Shown here piece by piece: positions 49,136 to 61,866 of a stretch of 64,000 bases of DNA; position 1 is the stretch's first letter; each line of letters opens with the position of its first letter. The notes beneath the pieces were generated by a model, which was not told where the DNA came from, searched no databases, and worked only from the letters and a program-made list of their open reading frames with translations. Both the position numbers and the translations under genes were made by a program. Source of the stretch: Gekko japonicus (taxonomy: Eukaryota); the NCBI RefSeq assembly GCF_001447785.1, contig NW_015159714.1, forward strand, positions 1,373,594-1,437,593, read 5' to 3'.

Positions 49136-52100
49136 TTATTTATGTATCAGTATATTAGCATTGTGGGTGTATGAAATGCATTGTTATGTATAAATACCGT
49201 ATAAACTGTGAATAAAAACCACACAGTATGACTATACAATAACAATGAATCTGCAAAAAAACAAAAGTGCAAAATGAAGAGTACTGAAACCACTGACAAA
49301 ACAAAATTGAATGTAAAAAGAAATGATATAGAGGCATACATCACTGATGCCCACCATTTTTTCCTTTAAAATAAGAATTCTACCCTTTGTGATTTCAGCT
49401 GGAAAAAATGTGGTTTTTCTATGACTTAGACTATATAGAGCATCATCAAGACAGGAAATTGATGGGTAGCAAGGAAGGCAGGCAAAGGAAGAATTGGGCC
49501 TGTTCCCACTGTAACTGCCCACCTGGACCAGCTTGATACCAAAGAGACCTAAGTGGTTGTTTGGGGCACTAAGTCAGTGAGGGAGGTAGAGAAGGAGTTG
49601 GGTGTGCCCTACATCCATGCTGCTACCCTTCCATCTGTGCCACTGCTACCCAGCCTCTCCAGAATGGGCGGCAGCCTGCAGAAGTGCTGCTTCCATGTTG
49701 CATACAGTGGGGACAGCATGATTCTGGGGACTGCTCCATCTCCACCATCATAAGTGATTTGTAATCGAGAGGGGGGCAAAATTATGGATGTATGATCAAT
49801 AAGTTGAATTCATGATTAATTTAATATAAGCCAGTATTTTTCCATTGTACAGTAAAAATCACAGATAGAAATAAAGGACCTTAATGGCAAGCACTGCTTC
49901 TGCCTTCATGTGCACAATACCGATTTTAGTATGGCTCCTTCAAGCCCCTGAAGCCTCTCATAAATAACCAATGTTCACAGACTTACATGCTAAATTAGGT
50001 TGCTGGTATCGTATCACATTTATGTAATTACTTGGTATGTACTTGTTTGTATCTTTCTTTAAAGCAGGGCACTTTGATACGATTTGAATAATTCAGTATC
50101 GTTTATTATTGCATCTTTCACTATAAAGGGAAGCCACAAGGGTTGTAAAGTTGTTCGACACCCATAAATATATATATGACAGGCAAGCAGTGTTAGCAGT
50201 TCGGCTTGGGCCTGTAGTATTGAAGTTGCTTTGAGATGCTGTGTGTGTGTCTCCAAAACAAATTCATTGTAATCTCCACTAGTATCTAATACAGCCAGAG
50301 AGGGAGGGAGGGAGGGAGGGAGAGGGAGAGGTGTCTGCAGCAGACTGTCAGCCCTCTGGTTCCCCAAGTCCAAGCATTCCCTGCTACTCTGGGGGGAGTG
50401 CACTTCTGTTTGTCCTGCTTCATGTCAGACTTCAGAGTGTGTCAGAAATGCCGGAAAGGATGGACTACCTCAGAGAAGCCTACTTCAGTTTGTTTTGAAA
50501 TTGTTTTTTATGCTTTGTGCAGCTTTAAAGTTTGCTCTTGTTTTCTTATTCTGCTGTATTATTTTGCATGCATTTTATCCTAGCATATATTGCCAGTTCC
50601 TTTGTAATTCCTTCTTTAGCCTGGAAGTATAACAGTAAGTAGTAATATTCTTTTCTGTACCTCACTCCAGAAAGGGGTGGGGGTTTATTGGGAAAATAGG
50701 ATACAACATTATAACATCAAAAAAGATTTTGGTGGGGGGGGGTGGGTATGCATCTCTTCGACTACCAACAGTTATGCAAACCTGTAGATCAGTTCCTTGG
50801 TGTGAATTTCTAGTCTAAAGACAAACTTCTGCTACTGTTGATTATTTTATTGCTTCTCGGTTCTTATGATTATTCACACTACCAAACTTTTCCATGGAGA
50901 GGTTCAGCTAGACCAGTTTGCTCAGTTCCTATCTCCATGATATTCAAAGCCCATCCAGGTAATCAGCAATGCAAAGATAAAGCTTACATTCCTTTCACAT
51001 GCTGACTACTTGCACAACAGAGGAAAGGCTAGACAAATTATAGGCATGGGTGGGAATGCCTGACCTATTGGTGTTTATGGAGAGACTAGAGGATTTGAGG
51101 GTCAATAGAAACCACAAAGGAGAATCAACATACGATCAAAATTCCCTTGGGGCTGTGGGCAAAAAACTTGGAGCAAGTGAAATATTTTAGTGGGCCAAAT
51201 AATGTTAGAAATGTGATGTTTCAAGTTATCCAGAAACCTTATCGAGGTGTTGGAGATCAATTACATAAAATTAAGTGATGGTACATACTGGGTGAGTGTG
51301 CTTAAACAACTAGCAGAAAGAACTGAATAGAAGCTTTATTAGTTATGTTGGTAACTGCCCAAATTTTCTAGAAAAATCAATCCGAACATTGTACCTGTTT
51401 GGCAAAACACTTTCACCAAATGTGGGGCAAAATCTCTTAAAGAAATGCCATAAAGCTTTACATTACAATTCATTGTTCAGTGGTCTGACAAACAGGAATC
51501 CTGTGAAGCTGACAATGAATAAAGCAAAATTAGTCATTACTTTTAACAGGCCCAAAGAGGACTTGTTAAGATATTTTAGCTGAAATTTGATGACAGTTTC
51601 ATTTTATTTATAGTGTGTTGCATACCTTCATCTGTGAGCAGAAATGCTGATAAATGTAGATTTCCCCCATGATTCCCTTCCTACAGAAGACCCCTTTGAC
51701 CCCTGGAAAGATGACGCCTAAGGACCAAACTAGACACATAGCGTCTTTATGGCTGCCATGAAGATGCTGCAGCTGCTTAAAAGTCATTTAAAAATGCTGT
51801 GAGAGGCTGATATTGGCCCTGCAGTGCAGTGCTCTTGTTCCTGCCCCCATTGCCTTTTCAATTGCCAAAACGACCGGGGGTGGGGGTGGGGGTGCACAGC
51901 CATTTTAGGATTGGGCCTTTCAGCATTTTTAAAAGGCTTTAAAACAGCTGCGGTGTTCTTGTGGCAGTCACCATCACATCTAGTTTGGTTGTAAGTCATG
52001 GGACTCATGTGAACTAAATGCCAAGTGGATGGGTGTGTGTGTGTGCTAAAATGAGGATGGGAAATTAGATAAATTGACCTCCACCCTCTTCTGAGAGAGC

Positions 52101-52593
52101 AGGGTGATTTTGCCCAATGAAGCATATGCATTTGTACATGTGGGTCCCACAACTCCGGGAGTTTTTTTTAAAGTCCCAAGGGACTGTTGGGGCAAGGGAC
52201 TACGTAGAAAACCAGCATGTTTTGTGCTGGTAGTTGGCTGGATACAACCCAGTATTTATAAACCACTTTTATGCCCCAAGAGCATGAGATTTTTTGGGTT
52301 TTTTTTTTTTTAAAAAGAGATGATTTCTAAGAAGCAAAATATCTCTCGGTTCTGTACTGTAACAGAACTAGCCATGATGAAAAGCTGCTATGGAACTGAC
52401 TCGCTATAGAATTTATCTTTGGTGTAGATATGTTGGTAAACAAATGTGTCCCACAAATAGTTAGTCGATAAGGGATTTTAAGCCATTTCTCCAGAGAGTC
52501 TGCCTCTTAATGATTCTAAAACTGGTGATAGGTACTGTGTGGCAAGTTGACCACTGAGTAAAACAGCAAAGTAATTGTTATTCTAGATGCATA

Positions 52594-52946
52594 AAAGGTA
52601 AAGGTAAAGGTTTCCTTGCTCGAAAGCCAGTTGAATCTGACTCTAGAGTTGTGGTGCTCATCTCCATTTCAAAGCCGAAGAGCCAGCACTGTCCAAAGAT
52701 ATTTCCGTGGTCATATGGCCGGCATGACTAAACACCAAGGCGCACGGAACGCTGTTACCTTCCCACTGAAGTGGTACCTATTTATCTACTTGCAATTTCT
52801 TGCTTTCGAACTGCTAGGTTGGCAGGAGCTGAAACTAGAGACGGGAGCTCACTCCGTCATGCGGCACTCGGGTCTCGAACTGCTGAACTACTGACCTTCC
52901 ACAGCCTGCAGTTCAGCGTCTTAACCACTTGAGCCACCGCAGCTCC
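52594..52946 (-). mobile_element. Sauria SINE (Squam1-like), second copy
   Basis: Highly similar reverse complement of 23510-23861, with (AAAGGT)n at the left end. Confidence 0.9.
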
Positions 52947-54315
52947 ATTTAGAATATCATTTTGTTTGAGTAGCACAGCAAATGGGTGTTGTCAGCACAC
53001 TGTACTTGGAAGTCTCTGACCATTACTCCATGGGCTTCTTGAGCCAAGCAAGGGCATGGCTGCATGCAGTTAAAGCTAATAGAGAATGAGAAACATGGCT
53101 CAAGAGAATGAAGGTATGCTGAAAATCTAGGAGGGACTCAGACAAACATGTTTTGTTCCTAAGTTAATCGTGTACATCAACTTTCCTCACATAATGTTTT
53201 AAGTAGGCCAATTCACTAACAAATAACTTCAGTAGTTTCTCTGAAAATTCCTGGGTTTGCCTCCTTTCAAATGGTATGTCTGGTAATATTGGGAAATGTA
53301 CTATTGTCCTGTGATTGTGGGCCAAATCAAATTGTGGTTGGTCCATTTTGGGTTAGTGGATAAATTAGACATAAAATGGGTGAGTTGGGACCTCTGAATC
53401 ACATTTCCTAATTGTTCTGGAGGCTTCTGTTATTACCCTAAAATTGAACTAGATGCTGAAAAGGATTGTTTATGCCAAATCCTATAGCCTTTGAGTACTC
53501 ATGCAATCTTTCCTTCTCAAAATGTAGCTCTGCTTATACTCACTAGTTGAGTAAGCTTTACTTAAAAGGACTTGTTTATAGACCAGACAGTTTTCTATTC
53601 CATCTGTAGTCCAGTCAAAAAATTGTTTTTAGGAACTGTTATAGCATAGTGCTGATGGGATCTTTCCTGCACAGAGACTCACATAGCCCAGATGATTGAG
53701 TCCAGGGATTTTTTAAAGAAACATATTGTTCTGCAATTGATTATTTAAAAAAAAACCATTTTATCCTTTCAAAATCTTAGCTAGAGTGAAGGTGTCATGT
53801 TCTTGCAACTGTCACATGAGCATGCCAAAGGGTACGCAGGATGGAATACCACTTTGCTACCTAAAACCTCTTTGTTGTGGCCAGGGTCCAAGGAGCCATG
53901 CAAGTACTTCATGCTCCTGAGAAGTGTTAGATTTGTTTTTTCTTGAATAGCAACTCCCACACCATATGGCAGACTGCTTTTGAAATTGACAGGGGTCAGT
54001 GGTGTAAAAAAATTCCCCCAGGCAAGTGCGAGCCCTTGGGCGCGCCTAAAGTAGGTCTTTGGCTTCTGGCCTGTATATTTATAACCCAGGCTATCCTCTT
54101 TGTAGATGTAGTTCACAGAGCTACATTCAGGTCTGAAGTTTCAGTGGTGGAAATGAAGGCTGGAATTTAAAGAGACCCATGCGGTGTATAAAATGTTTTC
54201 ATACAAGCATGGGGATGTAGCCAGTTTTTCCTATCAGCTGCAGACTTCTATACTACATTGAATGCCGCTGTGGAAGGTCTCCTGACTTTTAGGAAGGGTT
54301 TTTGGGGGTCTGCGG

Positions 54316-54486
54316 CAGTGTTCCCTCTAAGGTGAATTAGAGTGAGCTAGCTTACAGTTTTTTAGCCTCCGGCTCCAGAGAAAACTAATTTATGCAGTAG
54401 CCAAATCACTTGCTTACAACGTTAATGCCAGTAGCTCACAAAGTAGAATTTTTGCTCACAAGACTCCACAGCTTAGAGGGACATTG
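54316..54486 (+). mobile_element. hAT MITE (TIR CAGTGTTCCCTCTAAG)
   Basis: TIRs cagtgttccctctaag / cttagagggacattg; 8-bp TSD gtctgcgg/gtctgcag (7/8). Confidence 0.85.
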
Positions 54487-54694
54487 GTCTGCAGTAGGAA
54501 TATGACTCTGAAATACATCAATATATGCATGGGACACTACTCATGGCTCTCTTGGATTCCAGTCTGTTTCTGTGCTTGCACTGATTGTGGTTTTGAGCAT
54601 TACTGACTGGGGGATAGGGAAGGACTTCTGTAAAAGAAATACTAACCCCCAAAAGTGTTTACCATTATTAACTGTGATGGTAATAGAAATGCAC

Positions 54695-55190
54695 AAGAAG
54701 GGGAACCTGCGATACTCATGGGGGAAAGCTCCACGTGGAGGAGAAGGAAGCATCTGCAGGTGAGCCTTCTCCCCGCCCCCCCACACCAATGGTGGGGCCC
54801 GCACGGCTCCCAGCCACCAAGCCTTCTCCCCCCCCTGGCGGCAGCGGCGAGGCCTGAGCTCGGCCCGCCAAGCCTTCTCCTTCCCCCCCCCCCCCCGCGG
54901 CGGTGGTGGTGGTGAGACCTGAGCGGCTCACAGCCACTGGCCCACCAAGCCTTCTCCCACCCTCAACTGCCCCGGCGGTGCCGGCAGTGGGACAGTTGCC
55001 AGGGCGTTCTCTGTGCATGTGCAGGGAACGCTCTTCTACTTTGGGGGGATTTAAATATCCCCCGTATACTTTTTTCAACTTTTTAGATTTTTCTGCATAT
55101 CTGGGGATTGCCCCAAATGTGCAGGAAAATCTCTTTTCCCCCTAGGTGCCTCTGATGTGCAGATTTAGATATCCGCACGCAGGGGGCACC
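54695..55190. mobile_element. GC-rich MITE-like remnant with short direct repeats and hairpins
   Basis: Four AGCCTTCTCC-containing units, several short palindromes and a terminal hairpin ggtgcc...ggcacc (55145-55190). The left boundary and TSD are unresolved. Confidence 0.5.
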
Positions 55191-55965
55191 TTGGCTAGTG
55201 GATATATAGATATAGTCAGAATGCGTATAGAAATACATATAGTCAGAAAGGAAACCCAGAAATTTTTTTAGCTATGTCTGTTTCTTATATTATAATTTTT
55301 GTAATTAATCAATTATATGTGTTGCTGGTTTACACATCTCCCAGCTGACATCAGTGAACAATTTTGTTGACCTTACCTTTCAGTGCAGTTACAGGATCTT
55401 GATTGCACTGGTAACGTCTGAAGTCAGTATAATGTTGTTGTCCAGCTGATATCCTACTCAATGTTCCAGTGATGAAGAAGAAAGGGGGGGGGACCCCACT
55501 ATAAAGCGCAGATTTAACAGTACAGCTTGCCATAACACCGCAAACCCCAAGTTAGGAATGGTTTTCCCTGTCATACAGCTGTCTGTTAAGCAACTACAAG
55601 CATTCTGCTAGGACAGTAGACTTGAAACCCTCACAGTGAAACAGTTGGATATACACCTTCCTTGTGGTCTTGCTTTAGCACCTGTTGGTGGGTTGCCAGG
55701 AAAGAAACAAAAGAGACAGGGAGTAAGAAGTAATGGTTGGCAGCTACAAAAGATACCCTTTTGCCTCTCAGATACAGTAGGTGGTAGTGAATGGTACTAA
55801 CATGGTAACTGCTTTCACAAATAAATCTTCATTGATGTTATAATCTATAAAGCGAAAAGTATATATGAGCTAAGTTTTTTAAATATACAAATAAACTTTA
55901 AACCTGAGAACTTTAAACCTGCAAACAAACCTGGTCTATAGTTTCCAATATTTCTGGATGTGTGT

Positions 55966-56150
55966 GTCATCTCTGACCCCATTTTGGGGCCAGGAAGCAA
56001 TTTTCTTCATGCCAGTTTGGCCAGGAATCCTGGAGGGATTTTTTTTTTTTTTGCCATCTTCTGGGCATAGGGTCACTAGGGATGTGAGGGAGAGGTAGTT
56101 GTGCTGTGGATTGGACTAGATGACCCTGGAATTCCCTTCCAACACTATGA
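55966..56150 (+). mobile_element. CR1 3'UTR remnant followed by a short L2-like tail with (TAAA)n
   Basis: ggattggactagatgaccctggaattcccttccaacactatgat matches the canonical CR1 terminus. Confidence 0.7.
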
Positions 56151-57881
56151 TCCTTCTGTTGTCAACCTGAGCCCGCATATGCGGGGAGGGTGGGGTATAA
56201 ATCGAATTAAATAAATAAATAAATAAATTCTGTGATCAACCAGCAGTTGAAATCCAATGGCACATTTATCGTAATAAGGTCAGCTATATGATGGAACGAA
56301 CGGAAGTATTACATCATATATAATTTTCACTTTAAGGGATCTGTGGCCTGCTTTATAAGGTTACCTCATACCACACAATATATGAGGTAGAAATGGCTTT
56401 GTATGTTTTTTCAGAATTTCCCCCCAAAAAATTCAGTACAGCATTAATAATGTTCATTTCTATTATAACAATTTGGCTTTTTCTCTCCTCTTTCCTTTTG
56501 TATTTCCAAATAACAACACCGGGTCAGGATTAATGTATATTATTTTCTGGATTATTTTTTTTTTAAGAGCATGTATTATTGACCAGTGAGGAAGGCCCTG
56601 GAGGTCAAAACATATATGGTCTTGTGTTGGTCATTTGATATATTCATCAACTTTGTATGGGAAATTATCACAGTTTATGTAAAGCTGACTCTTAATGCAG
56701 CCTGATATTCCGGCCCTGTGTTTTTAATTTTACTATTGTGTACACCACATAATAAATATTTATTTTGATATTATTTTATCTGCTGTAGCTTGACCCTTGA
56801 AGCATTCTCTTTCAATGAATAATGTTCCTCTTCCAAATCATCTTGTTTAATTTTAGAGTATTTCAAAGCATGAATGTCCCCCGTTTATATACATTTCGTA
56901 TTGTTTCTCTTTGCTTTTGGCTTTTTTTCCATGTCTGAAAGCTTTGAGGGTACAGACTGCTCTGCAGCAGGGGAGTTACTGGCTCCTTCTGTTGTCAACC
57001 TTTTCATTAACAGAGTGTGGTTTCCCTAATTTTTTTAAAACTCACTTTAACCCTCTTGTGAACTATGACAATTCATTTCCCACTTTATCCACTCCTGAAA
57101 TGAGTTTCTTTGTAGCTACAGGGATAGCAGAATTAACTGGTAAAGGACATTCTTTTTAACAGCTTGGAACAGCAGAGTCCAAAATTGCTAAACAGAAAAA
57201 AAGATAAAATTGGAATTCACACAAAGGTGTCAAATCAGATAGATAAAATATTAGCCTTTTATAGCCTCCAGTAAATCTCTACGTTTATAGGCTCTTAAAG
57301 TTGCTTTCCCTGAGCCTGTGCATTGTAATATTGTACATTCAATTTACAATATTCTCAGCTTGCCCTCTCTCCTTTACTTGAGGCTTTGTTCCTTTAGGCA
57401 CATTAAAGGAGCTTAGCAGTAGTTCTTTTCAGATGTTAAAATCATGTGCACCAGAAGCCTACAGAGTGCATACTACCCACAGTCTTCCTTATATACATGG
57501 TTGCCATATTGTATGAATGGGGGCAATGTGTATTTGTCCATGAACGTATAGTCCTGGTATGCATGAACCATGAATCCATGAAAAATCCAAGGGTCCTTTC
57601 ATTAGTACTGAAGTGCATGATAAACATTTGTGTTGCCCCCGTTCGCACAACATTGAGTGTTCGTGTTGTACATGGTTGATAGGCTCCCAGTACACGTGAT
57701 TGTGATGTCTCAAAAGGGCTAATTAACAGTGCAATCCTAGGAAAAGAAGTGGCAACAGTGCAGTCCTAAGCAGAGATGTACCCATCTAAGCCCCTTGAAG
57801 TCAATAGGCTTAGAAGGGTGTTGCTGTGCTTAAGTGGACCTATACAGATGTGCCATTTTATTCATTGGTGCTTACTCCTAG

Positions 57882-58195
57882 GCAGGGCTTTTTTTGTAGA
57901 AAAAGCCCAGCAGGAACTCATTAGCATAATAGGCCACACGCAACAGCAGAAACTCATTAGCATATTAGGCCATGCCCTATATCTCCCCTTGGCTTGCCCG
58001 GGTGCCCCAAAGCTGCTGGGAGCCCAGGCAAGCTGGCCCTTGGAGGGAAGGGAAGGCAGTTTAAATTGCCTTCCCTTGGCTTGTCCGGGCGCCCTGCAGC
58101 TGCAGGAAGCCCAGGCAAGCTGGCCCTTGAACAGGCCAGGGGAGGCACGGGCAGGCATTTAAATGCCTCCCCGATCCTTCCAGGCCCCCCCTGCC
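57882..58195 (+). mobile_element. hAT-like MITE remnant with two internal ~50-bp direct repeats
   Basis: Starts cagggctttttttgtagaaaaag; repeated aactcattagcat; duplicated cccttggcttg...agcccaggcaagctggcccttg units. Confidence 0.65.
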
Positions 58196-58234
58196 TCACC
58201 CACCTTGAAGTCTATTGCAAAAGTTTGATGTAGT

Positions 58235-58518
58235 AGTTTGGTGTAGTGGTTAAGTGTGTGGACTCTAATCTGGGAGAACCGGGTTTGATTCCCCACTCCT
58301 CCACTTGCACCTGGCTGGATGACCTTGGGCAAGCCATAGTCCTGATAAGAGCTGTTCTTGAAAAAGAGAGCAGTTTCTGGAAAGAGCTCTCTCAGCCCCA
58401 CCTGCCCACCAGGGTGTTTGTTGTGGGGAGGGGGAGGGAAAGGAGTTTGTAAGCCGCTCTGAGACACCTTTGGGTAGTGAAGGGCAGGGTATAAATCCAA
58501 TCTTTTCTTCTTCTCTTC
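58235..58518 (+). mobile_element. Squam3-like SINE
   Basis: Same head and body as the 31808 subfamily; CTT tail. Confidence 0.85.
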
Positions 58519-59489
58519 CCTTATTCCCTCTGTAGCCACACACGCAGAGGTTTTGGCTGTAGTGGGCATGGCCAACTCTGAAGCCAGTCGGAACTCCGTT
58601 CCTGTGTGTTCCTGCCCAAAAATAGTCCTGCTTCTAGGAAGTGTTTTTAGGACTACAGCCTAAGTAACTTTAACTGACTGGAATAATATGTTGTTCCTAA
58701 GAGAACTGAACATCACTTCTGTCAAGAAGTGGGAATATTTTCCCGTATCGGGAGAGGAGGCTGTGTTCCCAGTCCCTCTTTGGATCCTCTCCTCATTCCT
58801 GTGTGTTTCTGTCATGATGTGACTGAAGACTGAGGCGAGAATCTTAAGCTATTTTCCAGAAGTCAGCTAATGTGGTTTCTTATGCCTTTTAACATAGGAT
58901 GGTGCTTTAAACACAAGCAATGGAATCCATAGCCCTGCTTTGGGAAAGGCTTCCACAGTCACCTACCTTCTAGTGGATTTCCATGGATGTCCAGGGCCTT
59001 TATTTTTGTCATCCCCCCCCCCCTTAAAAGGGCCAGACTTCTGTGAGTGGGATTGTTACAGTGAATGAGGGTTCTTGAGTGAAAAGAGGTTTGATTTGTT
59101 TGGAGCTTGCGTCTAGTGTTTAGGACTGACCCATTTTACAAGTGCTGATGTTATTTCAAATAAATGTTTTTATTTATCATTTCCAGGGTAATGGGATTTC
59201 TTTATGGTTGCAGTTTGCAACTTACTTTTCAGAACATTGTCTTCATTCAAGAAAAATGAAAACTCTGTGCTGCTTTGTTGTTGTTTCCATACTGTTTTCA
59301 GGAAGTCTTGCCTTTATCACAGATGCTTAATTAAACTGAGCTGTCAATGAGGCAATAAACCATAGCAGAATTTGCTTGGGAGCATGCAAATTTGGAACTG
59401 TAAGCAAAGGTCTTGGGAAAGGTCTTGACTGCTTTTGCCAGTCCAATTATCACCCAAGGTCATTCATATTCCCAACAAATTAGGTGAGA

Positions 59490-59667
59490 GGGCTCTTTTT
59501 GTAGCAGGAACTCCTTTGCATATTAGGCCACACACCCCTAATGTAGCCAATCCTCCAAGAGCTTACAGAGCTCTTCTTACAGGAGCTACTGTAAGCTCTT
59601 GGAGGATTGGCTACATTAGGGGTGTGTCGCTTAATATGCAAATGAGTACCTGCTACAAAAAGAGCCC
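59490..59667. mobile_element. Palindromic (fold-back) hAT-like MITE
   Basis: Arms gggctctttttgtagcaggaactcctttgcatattaggccacacacccctaatgtagccaatcctccaagagcttacag and their near-perfect reverse complement. A related left end lies at ~57882-57975. Confidence 0.85.
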
Positions 59668-59725
59668 ATTATCTTCCATGTGTGAAAATGAGAATGGAAG
59701 TAAACTGTGAAACAAATGCTAACAG

Positions 59726-59838
59726 CAGGGGTCATTTCGTAGAAAAAGAGGTGTAGGAGCTCATTAGCGTAACTCATTAGCATAACTTATTTGCATATGC
59801 CACACACCCCTGACATCACCGGAAGTGTGTCAGAAGGC
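59726..59838 (+). mobile_element. Truncated third copy (left end only) of the CAGGGGTCATTTC hAT MITE
   Basis: Near-identical to 12430-12541; no right TIR seen. Confidence 0.85.
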
Positions 59839-60429
59839 TCCACCCCAAAAATCTCCAAGTATTTCCCAGCTTTTTCCAGGCATTCTCTGTTCTCAGTATG
59901 TTCTCTCTTGAACTTGAACTGGAAAGAACACCAATCCAAGCCTGCTACCAAGCCATCTGAAAGGGAACATGTACATTTTCAAAGGCCTTGCCCACATCAG
60001 TGCCATTTTCCCTCCATCAGCCCCTAGTGACTTCCATTTTTCCCTACTGCACCACCAAAGGTCTTAACCCCCCCCCCCAAACAGGTAATTACTATTCCAT
60101 TATAGTGCAATAACATTATGACACTCTAGTGTCACAGCCTACTAGTTCCCATTTGGATGTTTCCCTTTGCAAGCCCCTGAGTGGGTTTCTGGAGAAGCAG
60201 TGCAAGCAGCCCCCCCCCCCAAGGAATAAGCCCACACAACACCAGAGGGTGGCAGCTGCAGCTTCTTTCCTCTGTGGGCAACATGCACAAACCTAAGGTT
60301 AGTTGCCAACCTCCAGGCAGGACCTGGGAATCCACTACAATTACAACTGATTTCCCACATGCGGCTGATGAATCTACAAGCATAAAAGTTCTGAGCATGC
60401 CTAATTTTTTTTAAAAAAAAATTAAGTTC

Positions 60430-60990
60430 AAAAACATACAAACATATGAAGAAATGGAAAAATAGAAAGAGGGAGGGAGGGAGGAAGGAAGGAAGGAAGG
60501 AAGGAAGGAAGGGAAAGAAAGGGAGAAAAGGGAATGAAGGAGAGAAAACATACAAACATATGAAGAAATGGAAAAATAGAAAGAGGAAGGAAGGAAGTAA
60601 GGAAGGAAGGGAGGGAGGGAGGGAAAGAAAGGGAGAAAAGGGAATGAAGGAAAGAAAAGAAATGGAAAGAAAGGGGAAAAGGGGGAGAGAGAGCGAGAGA
60701 GGTGAATGAAGGAGAAAGAGAAAAAGTGAAAGAAGGAAAAGAATGAAAGAAAAAGAAATGGAAAGAAAAGAGAAAGAAAAAATAGAAAGAAGGAAAGGAA
60801 AGAAATGGAAAGGAAAAAACGAAAGGGAAAAAGGGAAAGAAATGGAAAGAATGAATGGAGATAAAGAAAAGAAAAAGAAGTGGGAAGAAATTGAAAGAAA
60901 GGGAGGGGGAGGGGGAAGAGAATGAAAGGAAAACAAAGGGGAAATGGAAAAATGGAAGGGGAAGAAAGAAATAGAAACAAAGGAGCCAAA
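60430..60990. repeat. Polypurine (GAA/GGA/GAAA) low-complexity tract with an internal ~116-bp duplication
   Basis: Almost exclusively A/G on the + strand; aaaacatacaaacatatgaagaaatggaaaaatagaaaga occurs twice (~60430, ~60546). Confidence 0.95.
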
Positions 60991-61040
60991 ATGGGGTGCA
61001 GAGGGCGTTCAGGGCATGGGACGGGGCGCTGGCAGTGGCC

Positions 61041-61210
61041 GAGGGGCGGGTGAAGTGGCTGATGAATGCCTTCCTGTGGGGGCGCGGCAGCGGATGGCGC
61101 AGCAGGAGCACCCACAGATGCACGATGCTGAGATCTCCAAGGATCTTGGCGCCGCCTGGAAGCGCCTCCTGGAAACCGAGAAGCGGCCCTCCGTGGACGA
61201 GGTGCAGAGG
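61041..61210 (+). pseudogene. Degenerate SOX (SoxB/G-like) HMG-box fragment
   Basis: [13 protein letters not shown] / frameshift / [40 protein letters not shown] versus the SOX consensus RVKRPMNAFMVW...[39 protein letters not shown]. Confidence 0.85.
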
Positions 61211-61866
61211 GGAGGGAAGCTTGGCTTTTTTGCCTCTCCCCCAGGGAGAAGGAGGGCATTTCTAGACACAATCTTTTCCTTGTGGAGATAGCTCATCTTT
61301 CAATTGCATTACTAATACAAGTAATAGGAAGATATCGCTCCAGTCTTATGTAATGGAAGGAAATGGAGCAAGTCTTACTTTGGGGGGGACAAGCCGCCTG
61401 GAATCAGAATAATACAGTTGTACATGTCTAATAGTAACAGGGGTTACCTTGACAGTAATTGGTGTAGACTGTGGAGAGGAGTATGCACTTTTTTTGGCAC
61501 AAATAAAGAAAATAAATGTCAATTGGTAGGCCATTCAAAATAGTTCAAGTAGGTAGAGGAAGGACCTGTGACATAAGGGACAGTGATATCAACAACCCTG
61601 CTAGCACTACAAGAATTCTGCACTGAAGTGTAGATCTTAGTGTAATGTTTCTTTCACTACATGTGAAAATACAAGCTCTGTGTCCTTTTAATACACTGCT
61701 GTCATCTTAATTACTTATTGGTAGCTGGTAGGGGTCCCTCTCAACTGACTTTGACTGAGGCATGACAGTTAAATTAATACTGGACAGAATCTGCTGTAGC
61801 GGTTTCCTGATAACTTCTCAAAATTATTTGGAATTGTAAGTTATACTGCTCCAAGAAAAAAGTCTT

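Noticed and set aside
61041-61210. A functional SRY/SOX gene
   Set aside because: Frameshift or deletion in helix 1, loss of the invariant RP and F residues, truncation before the end of the HMG box, and no splice signals that repair it.
60142-61271. Long F/L/S/P-rich minus-strand ORFs and K/E/R/G-rich plus-strand ORFs
   Set aside because: Translations of the polypurine simple repeat, not genes.
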